From Macrostomum lignano (Eukaryota), in the NCBI GenBank assembly GCA_002269645.1, contig NIVC01001817.1, forward strand, positions 124,001 to 188,000: a DNA stretch of 64,000 nucleotides. The letters are read 5' to 3'. The notes under the pieces were generated by a model. It saw only the letters and a list, made by a program, of their open reading frames with translations, had not been told where the DNA came from and searched no databases. Shown here piece by piece: positions 23,971 through 37,240 of this stretch. Each line of letters opens with the position of its first letter. The stretch's first letter is position 1. A program made the position numbers and the translations under genes.

Positions 23971-24566
23971 TATGTATACAAAGCCAAGAAGCACAATTGG
24001 GAAATTCCGTATCAAAACAGTTTGGCGTGAAATTATTTTGCTTCCAATGTAAACAAGCAGGTAAAAGAATACTATTACGAGCGCAGGTTTATTTACAAAC
24101 TAATATTCTATAATAACGCGTACATTCAATCACAAGAGTCTTAGAAATGAAAATTATTTGACCAGAAATTATGAAAATCAATTCTAAACAGGTGCATATT
24201 AATCAATAATTCGATTCGTATTTAATAATACATGCAATATACAGGCATACATTTAATACACCCAACAACCAATAGTTATAATAATAGTAGGTTATATAGT
24301 ACGTAAAAATATAGTAAAATGTTAATAAAAACACAATTTTTGATCGCAACTTGGGCAAGCTTAGAGGAAGACAATTTAAATAAAAAATGTAACAACTAAA
24401 AAGACAAATGTCACCGCCGATTTACCAATGAAAGATAATTTTTTTACAACGGAATGAATGATACAACACAGTAGAGTCATGCAAGCGCATTGAAGTGCAA
24501 ATGTATTTGAGAAAGAATTTTAAATCTATGTTGACATTAGGATGGTCTGAGTGATCGTAAAAGAGG

Positions 24567-25251
24567 ACTGAGTGGCGATTCTTATCAGTGACTGAGTGGC
24601 CATTCTTATCAGTGACTGAGTGGCGATTCTTATCAGTGACTGAGTGGCGATTCTTATCAGTGACTGAGTGGCGATTCTTATCAGTGACTGAGTGGCGATT
24701 CTTATCAGTGACTGAGTGGCGATTCTTATCAGTGACTGAGTGGCGATTCTTATCAGTGACTGAGTGGCGATTCTTATCAGTGACTGAGTGGCGATTCTTA
24801 TCAGTGACTGAGTGGCCATTCTTATCAGTGACTGAGTGGCCATTCTTATCAGTGACTGAGTGGCCATTCTTATCAGTGACTGAGTGGCCATTCTTATCAG
24901 TGACTGAGTGGCCATTCTTATCAGTGACTGAGTGGCCATTCTTATCAGTGACTGAGTGGCCATTCTTATCAGTGACTGAGTGGCCATTCTTATCAGTGAC
25001 TGAGTGGCCATTCTTATCAGTGACTGAGTGGCCATTCTTATCAGTGACTGAGTGGCCATTCTTATCAGTGACTGAGTGGCGATTCTTATCAGTGACTGAG
25101 TGGCGATTCTTATCAGTGACTGAGTGGCGATTCTTATCAGTGACTGGGTGGCGATTCTTATCAGTGACTGAGTGGCGATTCTTATCAGTGACTGAGTGGC
25201 CATTCTTATCAGTGACTGAGTGGCGATTCTTATCAGTGACTGAGTGGCGAT
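24567..25251. repeat. 24-bp minisatellite GAGTGGC(G/C)ATTCTTATCAGTGACT, about 28 copies
   Basis: Read directly from the sequence. Confidence 0.95.
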
Positions 25252-25384
25252 TTGTATATATTCGTATATAACTTCCGAAATAACGAATGAAAGAGGAAAA
25301 GACAAATGAGGTTAAATCGAATTCGCATAAGCGGTGGAAAAAAATTATCAACAGCGGGAATCGAAACATGTAATTGCTTTAAAG

Positions 25385-27805
25385 CTAAACGTCCGGTTCA
25401 GCGTCGTCCTTGGTTCGAGCCTTGGCGTAAACCAAATCCCATCGATAGGGAAACCTGGAACAACAGAATCGAAAGCAATTCCTACAATAGCCTTCGTGGA
25501 ATGGATTAAAGGCGTCGGATGACAAATACTTGAGATAGCTAATCCGTTCGCGAGACACCTGCTCCCAGGTGGTGGAATTGCTACATGCCAGGTAACAGTG
25601 GAACAGGCCCAAGAATAGCAGCGGCACGCCAGATATCAGGGCGATGCCCAGGCCGCCAACGTAGGGCCAGTTGAACCAGAGCCATCGGCCTGGCTCCGTG
25701 TGCTGCTCCATGGACTGCCTGCGGGGGGACATGCGTTACAGGGCGATTGTTGTAGGAAATGAGGGGCGATTTTTGTAGGTACGGAGGGGCGATTTTTGTA
25801 GGTACGGAGGGGCGATTTTTGTAGGTACGGAGGGGCGATTCTAGGTAGGTACTGAGGGGCGATTCTAGTAGGTACTGAGGGGCGATTCTTGTAGGTACTG
25901 AGGGGCGATTCTTGTAGGTACTGAGGGGCGATTCTTGTAGGTACTGAGGGGCGATTCTTGTAGGTACTGAGGGGGCGATTCTTGTAGGTACTGAGGGGCG
26001 ATTTTTGTAGGTACTGAGGGGCGATTCTTGTAGGTACTGAGGGGCGATTCTTGTAGGTACTGAGGGGCGATTCTTGTAGGTACTGAGGGGGCGATTTTTG
26101 TAGGTTCGGAGGGGCGATTCTTGTAGGAAATGAGGGGCGATTCTTGTATTGTGGAATGAGGGGCGATTCTTATCTTGTGGACTTAGGGGCGATTTTGAAA
26201 GGTAGACTGAGGGGCAATTCCTGTATTGGGGACTGAGGGGCGATTCTTATCTGTGACTGAATGGCGATTCTTATTAATGGCTGAGTGCCGATACTTATTT
26301 AAAAACGAGTGGCGATTGTTAAAGAAGACTGAGGGGCGATTCTCAGGGGATTAAGAGGCCAATTGTAATACTAGCAGATCGTCAATTCTAAGTTACTGAG
26401 GACAATCTAAAGAAACACAAAGCTGGTTTTTCATTCGTTCAAGCTACTAATAGTAGGATCACAACCAACCAGAGCAATCCGACAGTCCAACAGTTGAGCA
26501 CAAACTGGCAAACAATGAATGCCAGGAATAAAGAGTGATTCCGCTCGCCGATGCAGTTCTCCACCCAGGGACAGTGATGATCGAATCTGGCCACGCATCT
26601 GTGACAGTCTTCGCAGTGACGCGATCTCAGCGGCTGCTCCTGCATGCAGTGCCGACAGAATCGTAGCTGAACAACCGACTCGACAGGCGGCGCAGCAGCA
26701 GACGGCATTTGGATCTTCTTCGTTTTGTTCTTCTTCTGTCTGCTCGGCAGTTTCTTCTTGGTAGACAGCAGGCCCCGGCCGATTCCAACGCCTAGGCTAC
26801 CGGCTCCGCCGTTATGCACGGAGCTCAGCATCCCGGATGTGCTGCGAATGTCGTCTTCATCCTCATCGGTGTCGCCTTCAGACTCGTCATTGTAGCAGAC
26901 TTCGTCTATATTGGACTCAGCTTCCAGATCCGCGTCTGCACTGTCCAGCTCGTCATCGGATGCTGAGCTCGTGCGAGCGTTCGACTGAGGTAAAAAGGTA
27001 AGTTTTCTATTAATCCAGGACTTATGATATAATCTGATGACTCTGGATCTAATCTAAGGGTTTTGGAATCTAATATGGGGTTTTGGGATCTAATCTGATG
27101 ACTCTGGATCTAATCTAAGGGTTTTGGAATCTAATATGGAGTTTTGGGATCTAATCTGATGACTCTGGATCTAATCTAAGGGTTTTGGAATCTAATATGA
27201 TAATCTAATATCTGAGGATCTGGGATCCAATCTGAGGATCTGAGATCCAATCTGAGGATCTGGGATCCAATCTGAGAATCTGGGATCTAATCTGAGGATC
27301 TGGGATCCAATCTGAGGATCTGAGATCCAATCTGAGGATCTGGGATCCAATCTGAGGATCTGGGATCTAATCTGAGGATCTGGGATCCAATCTGAGGATC
27401 TGAGGATCTGGGATTAAATCTGAGGATCTGGGATCCAATCTGAGGATCTGAGGATCTGGGATTAAATCTGAGGATCTGGGATCCAATCTGAGGATCTGGG
27501 ATCCAATCTGAGGATCTGGGATGGAATCTAATGTGGGAATCTGAGATGTACGTCTCTAATCTAATAATTGGAGATCTGGAACTGCATAGGTGCCAACTCA
27601 CAGGCAACATGTCCTTAGTAACGTAACCGGGATCAATCAGACTAGTAGCAAAGTACAGACAGAGAGTGACGGCAAACAGCAGCAGAAATGCCACTCCCTG
27701 GACAATGTCCCGATGAAAGAACAAATTAACGTGCAGCCTGGATGTGGACTTCACTAGCAGAGCAGCCAGTACACAGCAGCAGAGAGTGGCGTGGCCAATC
27801 CGCAT
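25385..27805 (-). CDS. ZDHHC12: DHHC palmitoyltransferase; complement(join(25385..25718,26470..26984,27602..27805)), about 350 aa; start codon uncertain
   Basis: [13 protein letters not shown]; [41 protein letters not shown]; SNSTTWE..RISYL..NPFHEG. These match the ZDHHC12 pattern and the splice phases are consistent. Confidence 0.88.
25760..26345. repeat. 23-bp minisatellite GAGGGGCGATTCTTGTAGGTACT in ZDHHC12 intron 2, degenerate at its right edge
   Basis: Read directly from the sequence. Confidence 0.9.
27020..27535. repeat. Composite minisatellite (about 20-bp CTGGGATCCAATCTGAGGAT plus a longer derivative unit) in ZDHHC12 intron 1
   Basis: Read directly from the sequence. Confidence 0.9.
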
Positions 27806-28059
27806 CAGCCAAGACTTTGGCCGGCATTGGCGGCGCCTATCGCCATCGCCGCCGCTATCCGTACCTACTGAAGAATCCAGTCGCAGCAAGTAGAATATGG
27901 CGAGTGTGGCGAGTAAAATTCGAAAGGCAAATAAAAAAAGAATTCTACATCAAGTGGCAATAAAATTCGAACTTTGCCAGCAGAAAAAAATAACGTCACA
28001 CACACACGAGGAGTGTTGCAAAAGTTTCCGCGGATAGTCGTTTACTGTGTGATCTAAGC

Positions 28060-28280
28060 ACAGGGAGAGGTGGGCTAACGGCCCCGACTGTATGGCTGTT
28101 TTGCCAGGCATCGTCACCCCCCAGGGAAAAATCCGCAGCAAGGAATTCCCTTCCTGCCTCTCCGGTGTCGAGAATGCGGAGCACTTCATCTGTGAATGCC
28201 CCGCCTTTACTCAGGACAGGCTCACCTTCCTCGGCCCAAACCCGCGGAGCTCTATACGACATTTTCAGCCCATTGAAAAC
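28060..28280 (+). mobile_element. Short LINE fragment (zinc-knuckle region) with an internal deletion
   Basis: [16 protein letters not shown]; highly similar to the reverse complement of about 49760-50070, but lacks the block between GACTG and ATGGCTG. Confidence 0.8.
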
Positions 28281-29254
28281 GATACCGTGACCAAAATCGC
28301 GAAAAAAGTTTGTTGCTTTGGGGTGGGGCGATTCTTGCGACTTGTTTACGACTCAAAAACGCGTCTAATGCGACGAAAAGGCGACACAAGCGCGTCACGT
28401 CAGTTGTAGGATCGTAAAAATACTTTAAAATCTCCCTGCGCGACACTGCAGCACCTGCGACGCCTTCCTGGTGGCAATATAATTTTCAATTTTCAAATCC
28501 TACTATAAAACACATGCATAATTGCGCAAGGAATTGCGGCTATAATGTTTTTAGACACTCCTATCGATTTAAAACACAATCCGCAGAAAATTTTGCAACA
28601 CACAGAGCTCACTCTAAACACATATTCTTATAGTCATTTGTATTAATTGGTTTTTCACAGAATTACAGTATTGCATTTGACGCGAAAAATCTGACATTAG
28701 TACTATTAAATTTATTATAGCAGTAGTACACTTGTATATAAGGATTATTATTTGATACAGAGAAGAAATTTACAATGGATAGATATTATACATTACCTTT
28801 ACTCCCTATACTGTAATTACAAAGTTTAAATAAATAAATAAATAAAGAAGCATAAAGCAGATAACCCAATGCTACCACAGACAAAACCACAGCTTGGAAA
28901 CGTGGACAGACGGAAAATGAAAAAATCAATTAATAAAATTAGAGTACATAATACACTATAACTTAGTTGGCCGATTTGCGAGAAGTTACAGGAAACAAAA
29001 GGTATCTAATTGAGTTAGACTGAGTACAATTACGCACATTATAGCATAATAATAGCATTAAGCAGCACAACAAACTGCAGCAACACCAGACAGACAGAAT
29101 AAATACAAATTAATTTATTACAAATCTATAATAAATAACAGCAAATGTGTGAGCTGATAGAATCGGAAATTAAAACTAGAAAATATGAATAAATAATGGT
29201 GGGTGCCAGTGACTTTTAAATCTAAAAGCGCGTTAAATTCTTAAAAGTCTGAAA

Positions 29255-29985
29255 CCCTACCCTACAATGTCACTCTCAGAACCTCAAAACCTACAATGTC
29301 ACTCTCAGAACCTCAAAACCCTACAATGCCACTCGCAGAACCTTAAAACCCTACAATGTCACTCTCAGAACCTCAAAACCCTACAATGCCACTCTCAGAG
29401 CCTCAAAACCCTACAATGTCACTCTCAGAACCTCAAAACCCTACAATGTCACTCTCAGAACCTCAAAACCCTACAATGCCACTCTCAGAACCTCAAAACC
29501 CTACAATGTCACTCTCAGAACCTCAAAACCCTACAATGTCACTCTCAGAACCTCAAAACCCTACAATGCCACTCTCAGAACCTCAAAACCCTACAATGTC
29601 ACTCTCAGAACCTCAAAACCCTACAATGTCACTCTCAGAACCTCAAAACCCTACAATGTCACTCTCAGAACCTCAAAACCCTACAATGTCACTCTCAGAA
29701 CCTCAAAACCCTACAATGTCACTCTCAGAACCTCAAAACCCTACAATGCCACTCTCAGAACCTCAAAACCCTACAATGTCACTCTCAGAACCTCAAAACC
29801 CTACAATGTCACTCTCAGAACCTCAAAACCCTACAATGTCACTCTCAGAACCTCAAAACCCTACAATGTCACTCTCAGAACCTCAAAACCCTACAATTTC
29901 ACTCTCAGAACCTCAAAACCCAACAATGTCACTCTCAGAACCTCAAAACCCACACACAATGTCACTCTCAAAAACCCTACAATGA
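29255..29985. repeat. 30-bp minisatellite CTACAATGTCACTCTCAGAACCTCAAAACC
   Basis: Read directly from the sequence. Confidence 0.95.
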
Positions 29986-30829
29986 TTAGTCTCGGGACGG
30001 GAGCTGAAAACATAGGAAGAAGTCCTGTTTAGAATAAATAGTTTATAAATAACAATGACCATAATGAATTAAACTTAATATGCAGGTTAATGCGCGCAGG
30101 AATAACACAGGTGCACCATTTGTATATAACATACGAATGCAAGGTAGCATGGGTTAGATAGGTAGCACTGTACAAGCACATTTTATATATGTATATATAG
30201 TGATATTTGAAATAAAACATCTATTAATAATTTCATGCAGCCATTATTACAATAAGCTTCAGACACTGAAAATGATGAGAATTCAATAGTAATATTAATG
30301 ATTTTTTTAAAAACTGAAGAGACTTAGATATGTATATAATAATAGTCATCATGCACGTATTATACTACTTGCTAGGCGCAATTATCAATTAATAGTAGTA
30401 GCGTGAATTTTAAATAAGAAATCGTTGACAGGCTTAGGTGAAGTTGACAAAATTAGGAAAATAAAACAAAAATATGTTACTTTTAGTAGCGCACTGAAAG
30501 ATTTAAGGCGAAATTTTAGCAGACAAAATTAAAACCATTACACACACAATACTACAAGCTGGAAGTTTTTTTATAAAACGCGCATAACATTCTATTCTAG
30601 ATTTACGGAACTAACAATAAATTATGTTAGATATTATATTGCACAGGCCAGAAAATTACTTCTGAAAATATTTTAATTATTGTTATTGTTTTTGTGTGCC
30701 AAGGTTAACTTACAGCGAAGAGTGCAAAAAATGTACATATCTACACTTTCTTGGGTGTACATTTTTACTAATTTTATTACGGGTTTTGATACTGAATTTT
30801 ATGCGTTTAATCTGGAAGTCTGGAATCTG

Positions 30830-31115
30830 GAACTTTAGGATGATCATAGAGTACATCCTGTACTTTAGGATGATCATAGGGTACTTTCTGTACTTTAGGA
30901 TGATCATAGAGTACATCCTGTACTTTAGGATGATCATAGGGTACTTTCTGTACTTTAGGATGATCATAAGAGTACACCCTGTACTTTAGGATGATCATAG
31001 GGTACTTGCTGTATTTAAGGGTGATCATAGGGAATATTCTGCACTTTAGGATGATCATAGGGAATATTCTGCACTTTAGGATGATCATAGGGTACTTGCT
31101 GCACTTTAGGATGCT
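30830..31115. repeat. About 30-bp minisatellite with core TACTTTAGGATGATCATAG
   Basis: Read directly from the sequence. Confidence 0.9.
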
Positions 31116-31327
31116 ATTACTGTATTACATACATTACTTGCTGTATTATCAGATGCTATTACACAAGCACTTGCTGTACTTTAAGATTCAGAAATGAATA
31201 GTACTCCGTGTACTTAAACGTAGAATTTCCAAATTATATATAAACTAACTAACCATCAACGGAGCAAAATTAAGGATATTAAAAAAGAATCAATTAGTTT
31301 AGACTTGAAACAAGGAAGCCGCATTGA

Positions 31328-34300
31328 TCAAGACTTGTAGATGAGCACGGCAACCAGAGCGGCTAGAAAAGCCACAGCCAGTCCGAACACATAGTACAGC
31401 GGCACTTTAGTATTGACCACCCGATCAACGCCTTCCATCATCATTTCGGCTTCGTCAGCCGACATATCGTCCGGGGACGAGGCGGCCGAGTTGCTCTCCG
31501 CTTCCGGCCCGAAATTGACATCTTCCGGGGACAGATCGGTTGAAAAGAAATAAGCTAAGCGGTCCAGCACATCCTGCGACGTCTCCCCGGGAAAAGAATA
31601 GTCGGAGAGTACAGCCTGAGGACAGCGCGGGTGACGCACAAGTACGCGACGAGGCAGACGCAGGGCCGGCGATTTGCCTTCAACGAACAAGCCGCTAGAG
31701 ATGCTGAGCTCCTGAGCAGCCAGGTACAGCCTGGCGTCCAGGCCGCGGATTAGGTCGGATTTTAGGGCACGCGAGACGTCCAGGCCGGATGAGCCGGAGC
31801 GGATCAGGGCGAATAGCGGGAAACAGCCGGTCACCTGGGGGAGATGGGGGTTGGTACAGATCTTTCATAGACGCCGTTATGCCGGATGGATTTCATTTGC
31901 ATCAATAGCTATCGGAGTGAGTCTAGCTAGACAATAGAGTGACTCTCATTAAATAGTAGAATATAGGTCATTAAACAAACAGAGTGACTTGTGTTAGACA
32001 CTTGAGTGACTTGTGTTAGACACTTGAGTGACTTATATCAGACACTGGGGTGACTTATATCAGACACTGGGGTGACTTATATCAGACACTGGAGTGACTT
32101 ATTTCTGACACTGGGGTGACTTATATCAGACACTGGGGTGACTTATATCAGACACTGGAGTGACTTATATCTGACACTGGAGTGACTTATATCAGACACT
32201 GGAGTGACTTATATCAGACACTGGGGTGACTTATATCAGACACTGGAGTGACTTATATCAGACACTGGAGTGACTTATATCAGACACTTGAGTGACTTAT
32301 ATCAGACACTGGGGTGACTTATATCTGACACTGGAGTGATTTATATCAGACACTTGAGTGACTTATATTAGACACTTGAGTGATTTATATCAGACACTGG
32401 AGTGACTTATATCAGACACTGGAGTGACTTATATCAGACACTTGAGTGACTTATATCAGACACTGGAGTGACTTATATCAGACACTGGAGTGACTTATAT
32501 CTGACACTGGAGTGACTTATATCAGACACTGGAGTGACTTATATCTGACACTGGAGTGACTTATATCAGACACTGGAGTGACTTATATCAGACACTGGAG
32601 TGACTTATATCTGACACTGGAGTGACTTATATCAGACACTGGAGTGACTTATATCAGACACTTGAGTGACTTATATTAGACACTTGAGTTACTTATATCT
32701 GACACTGGAGTGACTTATATCAGACACTGGAGTGACTTATATCAGACACTGGAGTGACTTATATCTGACACTGGAGTGACTTATATCAGACACTGGAGTG
32801 ACTTATATCAGACACTGGAGTGACTTATATCAGACACTGGAGTGACTTATATCTGACACTGGAGTGACTTATATCAGACACTGGAGTGACTTATATCAGA
32901 CACTGGAGTGACTTATTTCTGACACTGGGGTGACTTATATCAGACACTGGAGTGACTTATATCAGACACTTGAGTGACTTATATTAGACACTTGAGTGAC
33001 TTATATCTGACACTGGAGTGACTTATATCAGACACTGGAGTGGCTTATATCTGACACTGGAGTGACTTATATCTGACACTGGAGTGACTTATATCAGACA
33101 CTGGAGTGACTTATATCAGACACTGGAGTGACTTATATCAGACACTGGAGTGACTTATATCTGACACTGGAGTGACTTATATCAGACACTGGAGTGACTT
33201 ATATCAGACACTGGAGTGACTTATATCAGACACTGGAGTGACTTATATCTGACACTGGAGTGATTTATATCAGACACTGGAGTGACTTATATCTGACACT
33301 GGAGTGACTTATATCTGACACTGGAGTGACTTATATCAGGCACTGGAGTAACTTATATCAGACACTGGAGTGATTTATATCAGACACTGGAGTGACTTAT
33401 ATCAGACACTGGAGTGACTTATATCAGACACTTAAGTGACATATCAGACACTGGAGTGACTTATATCAGACACTGGAGTGACTTATATCAGACACTGGAG
33501 TGACTTATATCAGACACTGGAGTGACCTATATCTGACACTGGAGTGACTTATATCAGACACTGGAGTGACTTATATCTGACACTGGAGTGACTTATATCA
33601 GACACTGGAGTGACTTATATCAGACACTGGAGTGACTTATTTCTGACACTGGGGTGACTTATATCAGACACTGGAGTGACTTATATCAGACACTTGAGTG
33701 ACTTATATTAGACACTTGAGTGACTTATATCTGACACTGGAGTGACTTATATCAGACACTGGAGTGGCTTATATCAGACACTGGAGTGACTTATATCTGA
33801 CACTGGAGTGACTTATATCAGACACTGGAGTGACTTATATCAGACACTGGAGTGACTTATATCAGACACTGGAGTGACTTATATCTGACACTGGAGTGAC
33901 TTATATCAGACACTGGAGTGACTTATATCAGACACTGGAGTGACTTATATCAGACACTGGAGTGACTTATATCTGACACTGGAGTGACTTATATCAGACA
34001 CTGGAGTGACTTATATCTGACACTGGAGTGACTTATATCTGACACTGGAGTGACTTATATCTGACACTGGAGTGACTTATATCAGGCACTGGAGTGACTT
34101 ATATCAGACACTGGAGTGACTTATATCAGACACTGGAGTGACTTATATCAGACACTGGAGTGACCTATATCAGACACTTGAGTGACTTATATCAGACACT
34201 GGAGTGACTTATATCAGACACTGGAGTGACTTATATCAGACACTGGAGTGACTTATATCAGACACTGGAGTGACTTATATCTGACACTGGAGTGACTTAT

Positions 34301-37240
34301 ATCAGACACTGGAGTGACGTATATCAGACACTGGAGTGACTTATATCAGACACTGGAGTGACGTATATCAGACACTGGAGTGACTTATATTATTTAACAC
34401 TGGGGTGACTTATTAGACACTGGGGTGACTTATTAGACACTGGAGTGACCTATTAAGACGTTGTGACTCATAAAACATTGTGGAGTAACTCTCATTAGAC
34501 ATTAGTGATTCTTACTAATTAGATAAAAAAAAATCGATTTAGGCCTGACCTCAAGTCGTTTAGACCCAGCTGGAATCTCTTTAGCGTAGGGAATTTCCTG
34601 CTCAGATTTCTGCAACAATTCCACAAAAACCGGCTCAGAAAACGAGGCGGCCGCGGAGTCGCCGCCAACGCCGCAGTCGAACGGCAACGGAGGCGAGTCA
34701 GGCAGGGCGGCTCCTTCGTATAGCGGCGAGAAATCCAGCGCGCGTTCCACAGCCGGCTGCAGGGCGCTGTGCAGCTGATCGGTGAGATTGTTGTTAGCGG
34801 CAGACTGGGCCGAGACGGCGAACCGGCTGTTCAAAGTGAAACGCGAAGTAACGCAGAGCCAGGCCTGTTTAGTGGACTGCTCGCACCGGCTGATACGGCT
34901 AGTGCCGCCAACTGGATTGGCCGCGTCTGTTGCTAGGCAACTGATACTAAAATTACGAGGTTAAACGCTAGATAAGCTATGATTGGTTGGAGGAAATTAT
35001 TGCAGAAATGACGTCACCAAGGTGAGCTACGATTGGTTGGAGGAAATCAATGCAGAAATGACGTCACTAAGACGAGCTACGATTGGTTAGAGGAAATCAA
35101 TTCAGAAATAACGTCACTAAGACGAGCTACGATTGGTTAGAGGAAATCAATTCAGAAATAACGTCACTAAGACGAGCTACGATTGGTTAGAGGAAATTAA
35201 TGCTAGAAATGACGTCACTAAGGTGAGCTACGATTGGTTAAAGGAATTCAATGCAGAAATGACGTCACCCAGGTGAACTACGATTGGTAGAAATAAACTA
35301 ATGGAGAAATGAGGCAGTCAAAATAACCTAAGATTGGATAGAAAGTCAGTAATAACCTCACTGAACCTTGAAACCAACTATTTACAAAAAGGTCTGTGTT
35401 TTCCACAAACAGTCATGTACTTACTCATTAGCATCAGAGCTGACTAGAAGAATAATTTTCTGCGAACAGATTTTATCCTTAGTTAATTTTGATGTGCCAG
35501 TAAACTCGTGAACTCGGCCTAATGCCTGGAAGAGATTAAAATATTTAGTAATGAGTATATTAGACAATTGATTACAATAATATGTGCCCTCGACAGCGTT
35601 CAATAACTTACAGTTTTAAACTGAGCCACTTGTTCGTCGCTAGCCGAAGCTTTCTGACTGCACAAAAATAGGCCAACAATGTCCAGCCCTCCTGGCAGGG
35701 ACCTGGACACCTGTAAAATTAGTCAGCTTTTTATTGTCACTTCTGACTAAATTACGCGTTGCATTTACTGGGTCAAAAGTTTCCAAAATCTAGGCAAACT
35801 TATCTATGATAATCTCTACAAATTCTGGGCAAAATATATGACAATCTCTACAAATTCTGGGCAAAGTGATCTATGATAATCTCTACAAACTCTTGGCAAA
35901 GTGATCTATGATAATCTCTACAAATTCTGGGCAAAATATATGACAATCTCTACAAATTCTTGGCAAAGTGATCTATGATAATCTCTACAAACTCTTGGCA
36001 AAGTGATCTATGATAATCTCTACAAATTTTGGGCAAAATCTATGATAATCTCTACAAATTCTTGGCAAAGTGATCTATGATAATCTCTACAAATTCTTGG
36101 CAAAGTGATCTATGATAATCTCTACAAATTCTTGGCAAAGTGATCTATGATAATCTCTACAAATTCTGGGCAAAGTGATCTATGATAATCTCTACAAATT
36201 CTGGGCAAAGTGATCTATGATAATCTCTACAAATTCTTGGCAAAGTGATCTATGACAATCTCTACAAATTCTGGGCAAAGTGATCTATGACAATCTCTAC
36301 AAATTCTGGGCAAAGTGATCTATGACAATCTCTACAAATTCTGGGCAAAGTGATCTATGATAATCTCTACAAATTCTTGGCAAAGTGATCTATGATAATC
36401 TCTACAAATTCTGGGCAAAGTGATCTATGATAATCTCTACAAATTCTGGGCAAAGTGATCTATGATAATCTCTACAAATTCTTGGCAAAGTGATCTATGA
36501 CAATCTCTACAAATTCTGGGCAAAGTGATCTATGATAATCTCGACAAATTCTGGGCAAAGTGATCTATGATAATCTCTACAAATTCTTGGCAAAGTGATC
36601 TATGATAATCTCGACAAATTCTGGGCAAAGTGATCTATGATAATCTCTACAAATTCTTGGCAAAGTGATCTATGATAATCTCTACAAATTCTTGGCAAAG
36701 TGATCTATGATAATCTCTACAAATTCTTGGCAAAGTGATCTATGACAATCTCTACAAATTCTGGGCAAAGTGATCTATGATAATCTCTACAAATTCTTTA
36801 GGAGATTTAATGCAAGGTAATATTAACCACAATTAAAAACAATGCAATTTATCCAAAAGTTAACCATAAATTGTTAACTATTTGATACTTACATTCTCAG
36901 CATGCCGTCCAATCCACTCACTATCAAGCAGGGGCAAACCAGCTGTCTGTTGTTGTTGCTTGGCAGCAAATTTATCCTGCTTCTGTGGGCTGGCAGAGGC
37001 ATCGCCAGCTGCTCTATCAGGTGTTGCACAGTGCAATAGTACCCTGATGTCAGTGTCTGAGTCATACTGAATGGACAGAAATGATTGAAGGATGAAAGTA
37101 AATTTCAAATAATCATTATACAACTATATTGATGCATTTGAGAACAAATTGTTTACCTGTCCAATCACCAATCCAAATTGTCCAGGCAATAACAACTGCG
37201 GACTAAATGCATTCTTATCAATGATAACATGCTCAATCAT
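31328..37240 (-). CDS. ODR4: ODR-4 homolog (ER membrane protein); complement(join(31328..31834,34550..34946,35425..35525,35612..35710,36893..37066,37157..37240)), 453 aa
   Basis: GLVIGQ, LDSEWIGRHAENVSRSLPGGLDIVGLF, ALKSDLIRGLDARL, LPRRVLV..LSDYSFPGET, C-terminal TM helix. All introns are GT-AG and in phase. Confidence 0.92.
31985..34450. repeat. 22-bp minisatellite GACACTGGAGTGACTTATATCA, about 110 copies, in ODR4 intron 5
   Basis: Read directly from the sequence. Confidence 0.97.
34970..35295. repeat. About 50-bp tandem repeat, about 6 copies, in ODR4 intron 4
   Basis: Unit GAGCTACGATTGGTTAGAGGAAATCAATGCAGAAATGACGTCACTAA. Confidence 0.9.
35795..36798. repeat. 35-bp minisatellite CTCTACAAATTCTGGGCAAAGTGATCTATGATAAT in ODR4 intron 2
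   Basis: Read directly from the sequence. Confidence 0.95.

Noticed and set aside
2450-25425. GGTTCGA T-loop-like words at about 2455 and 25412
   Set aside because: No cloverleaf; they lie at the LINE RT junction and within ZDHHC12 coding sequence.
16385-26345. CRISPR-like reading of arrays with a constant core and variable remainder
   Set aside because: The variable parts are near-identical within each array, there are no unique spacers or cas genes, and the context is eukaryotic.
20163-37240. Operon-like cluster of co-oriented secretory-pathway genes (LamG, ZDHHC12, ODR4)
   Set aside because: Gaps of 3.5-4.4 kb are filled with repeats and there is no sequence evidence for co-transcription.
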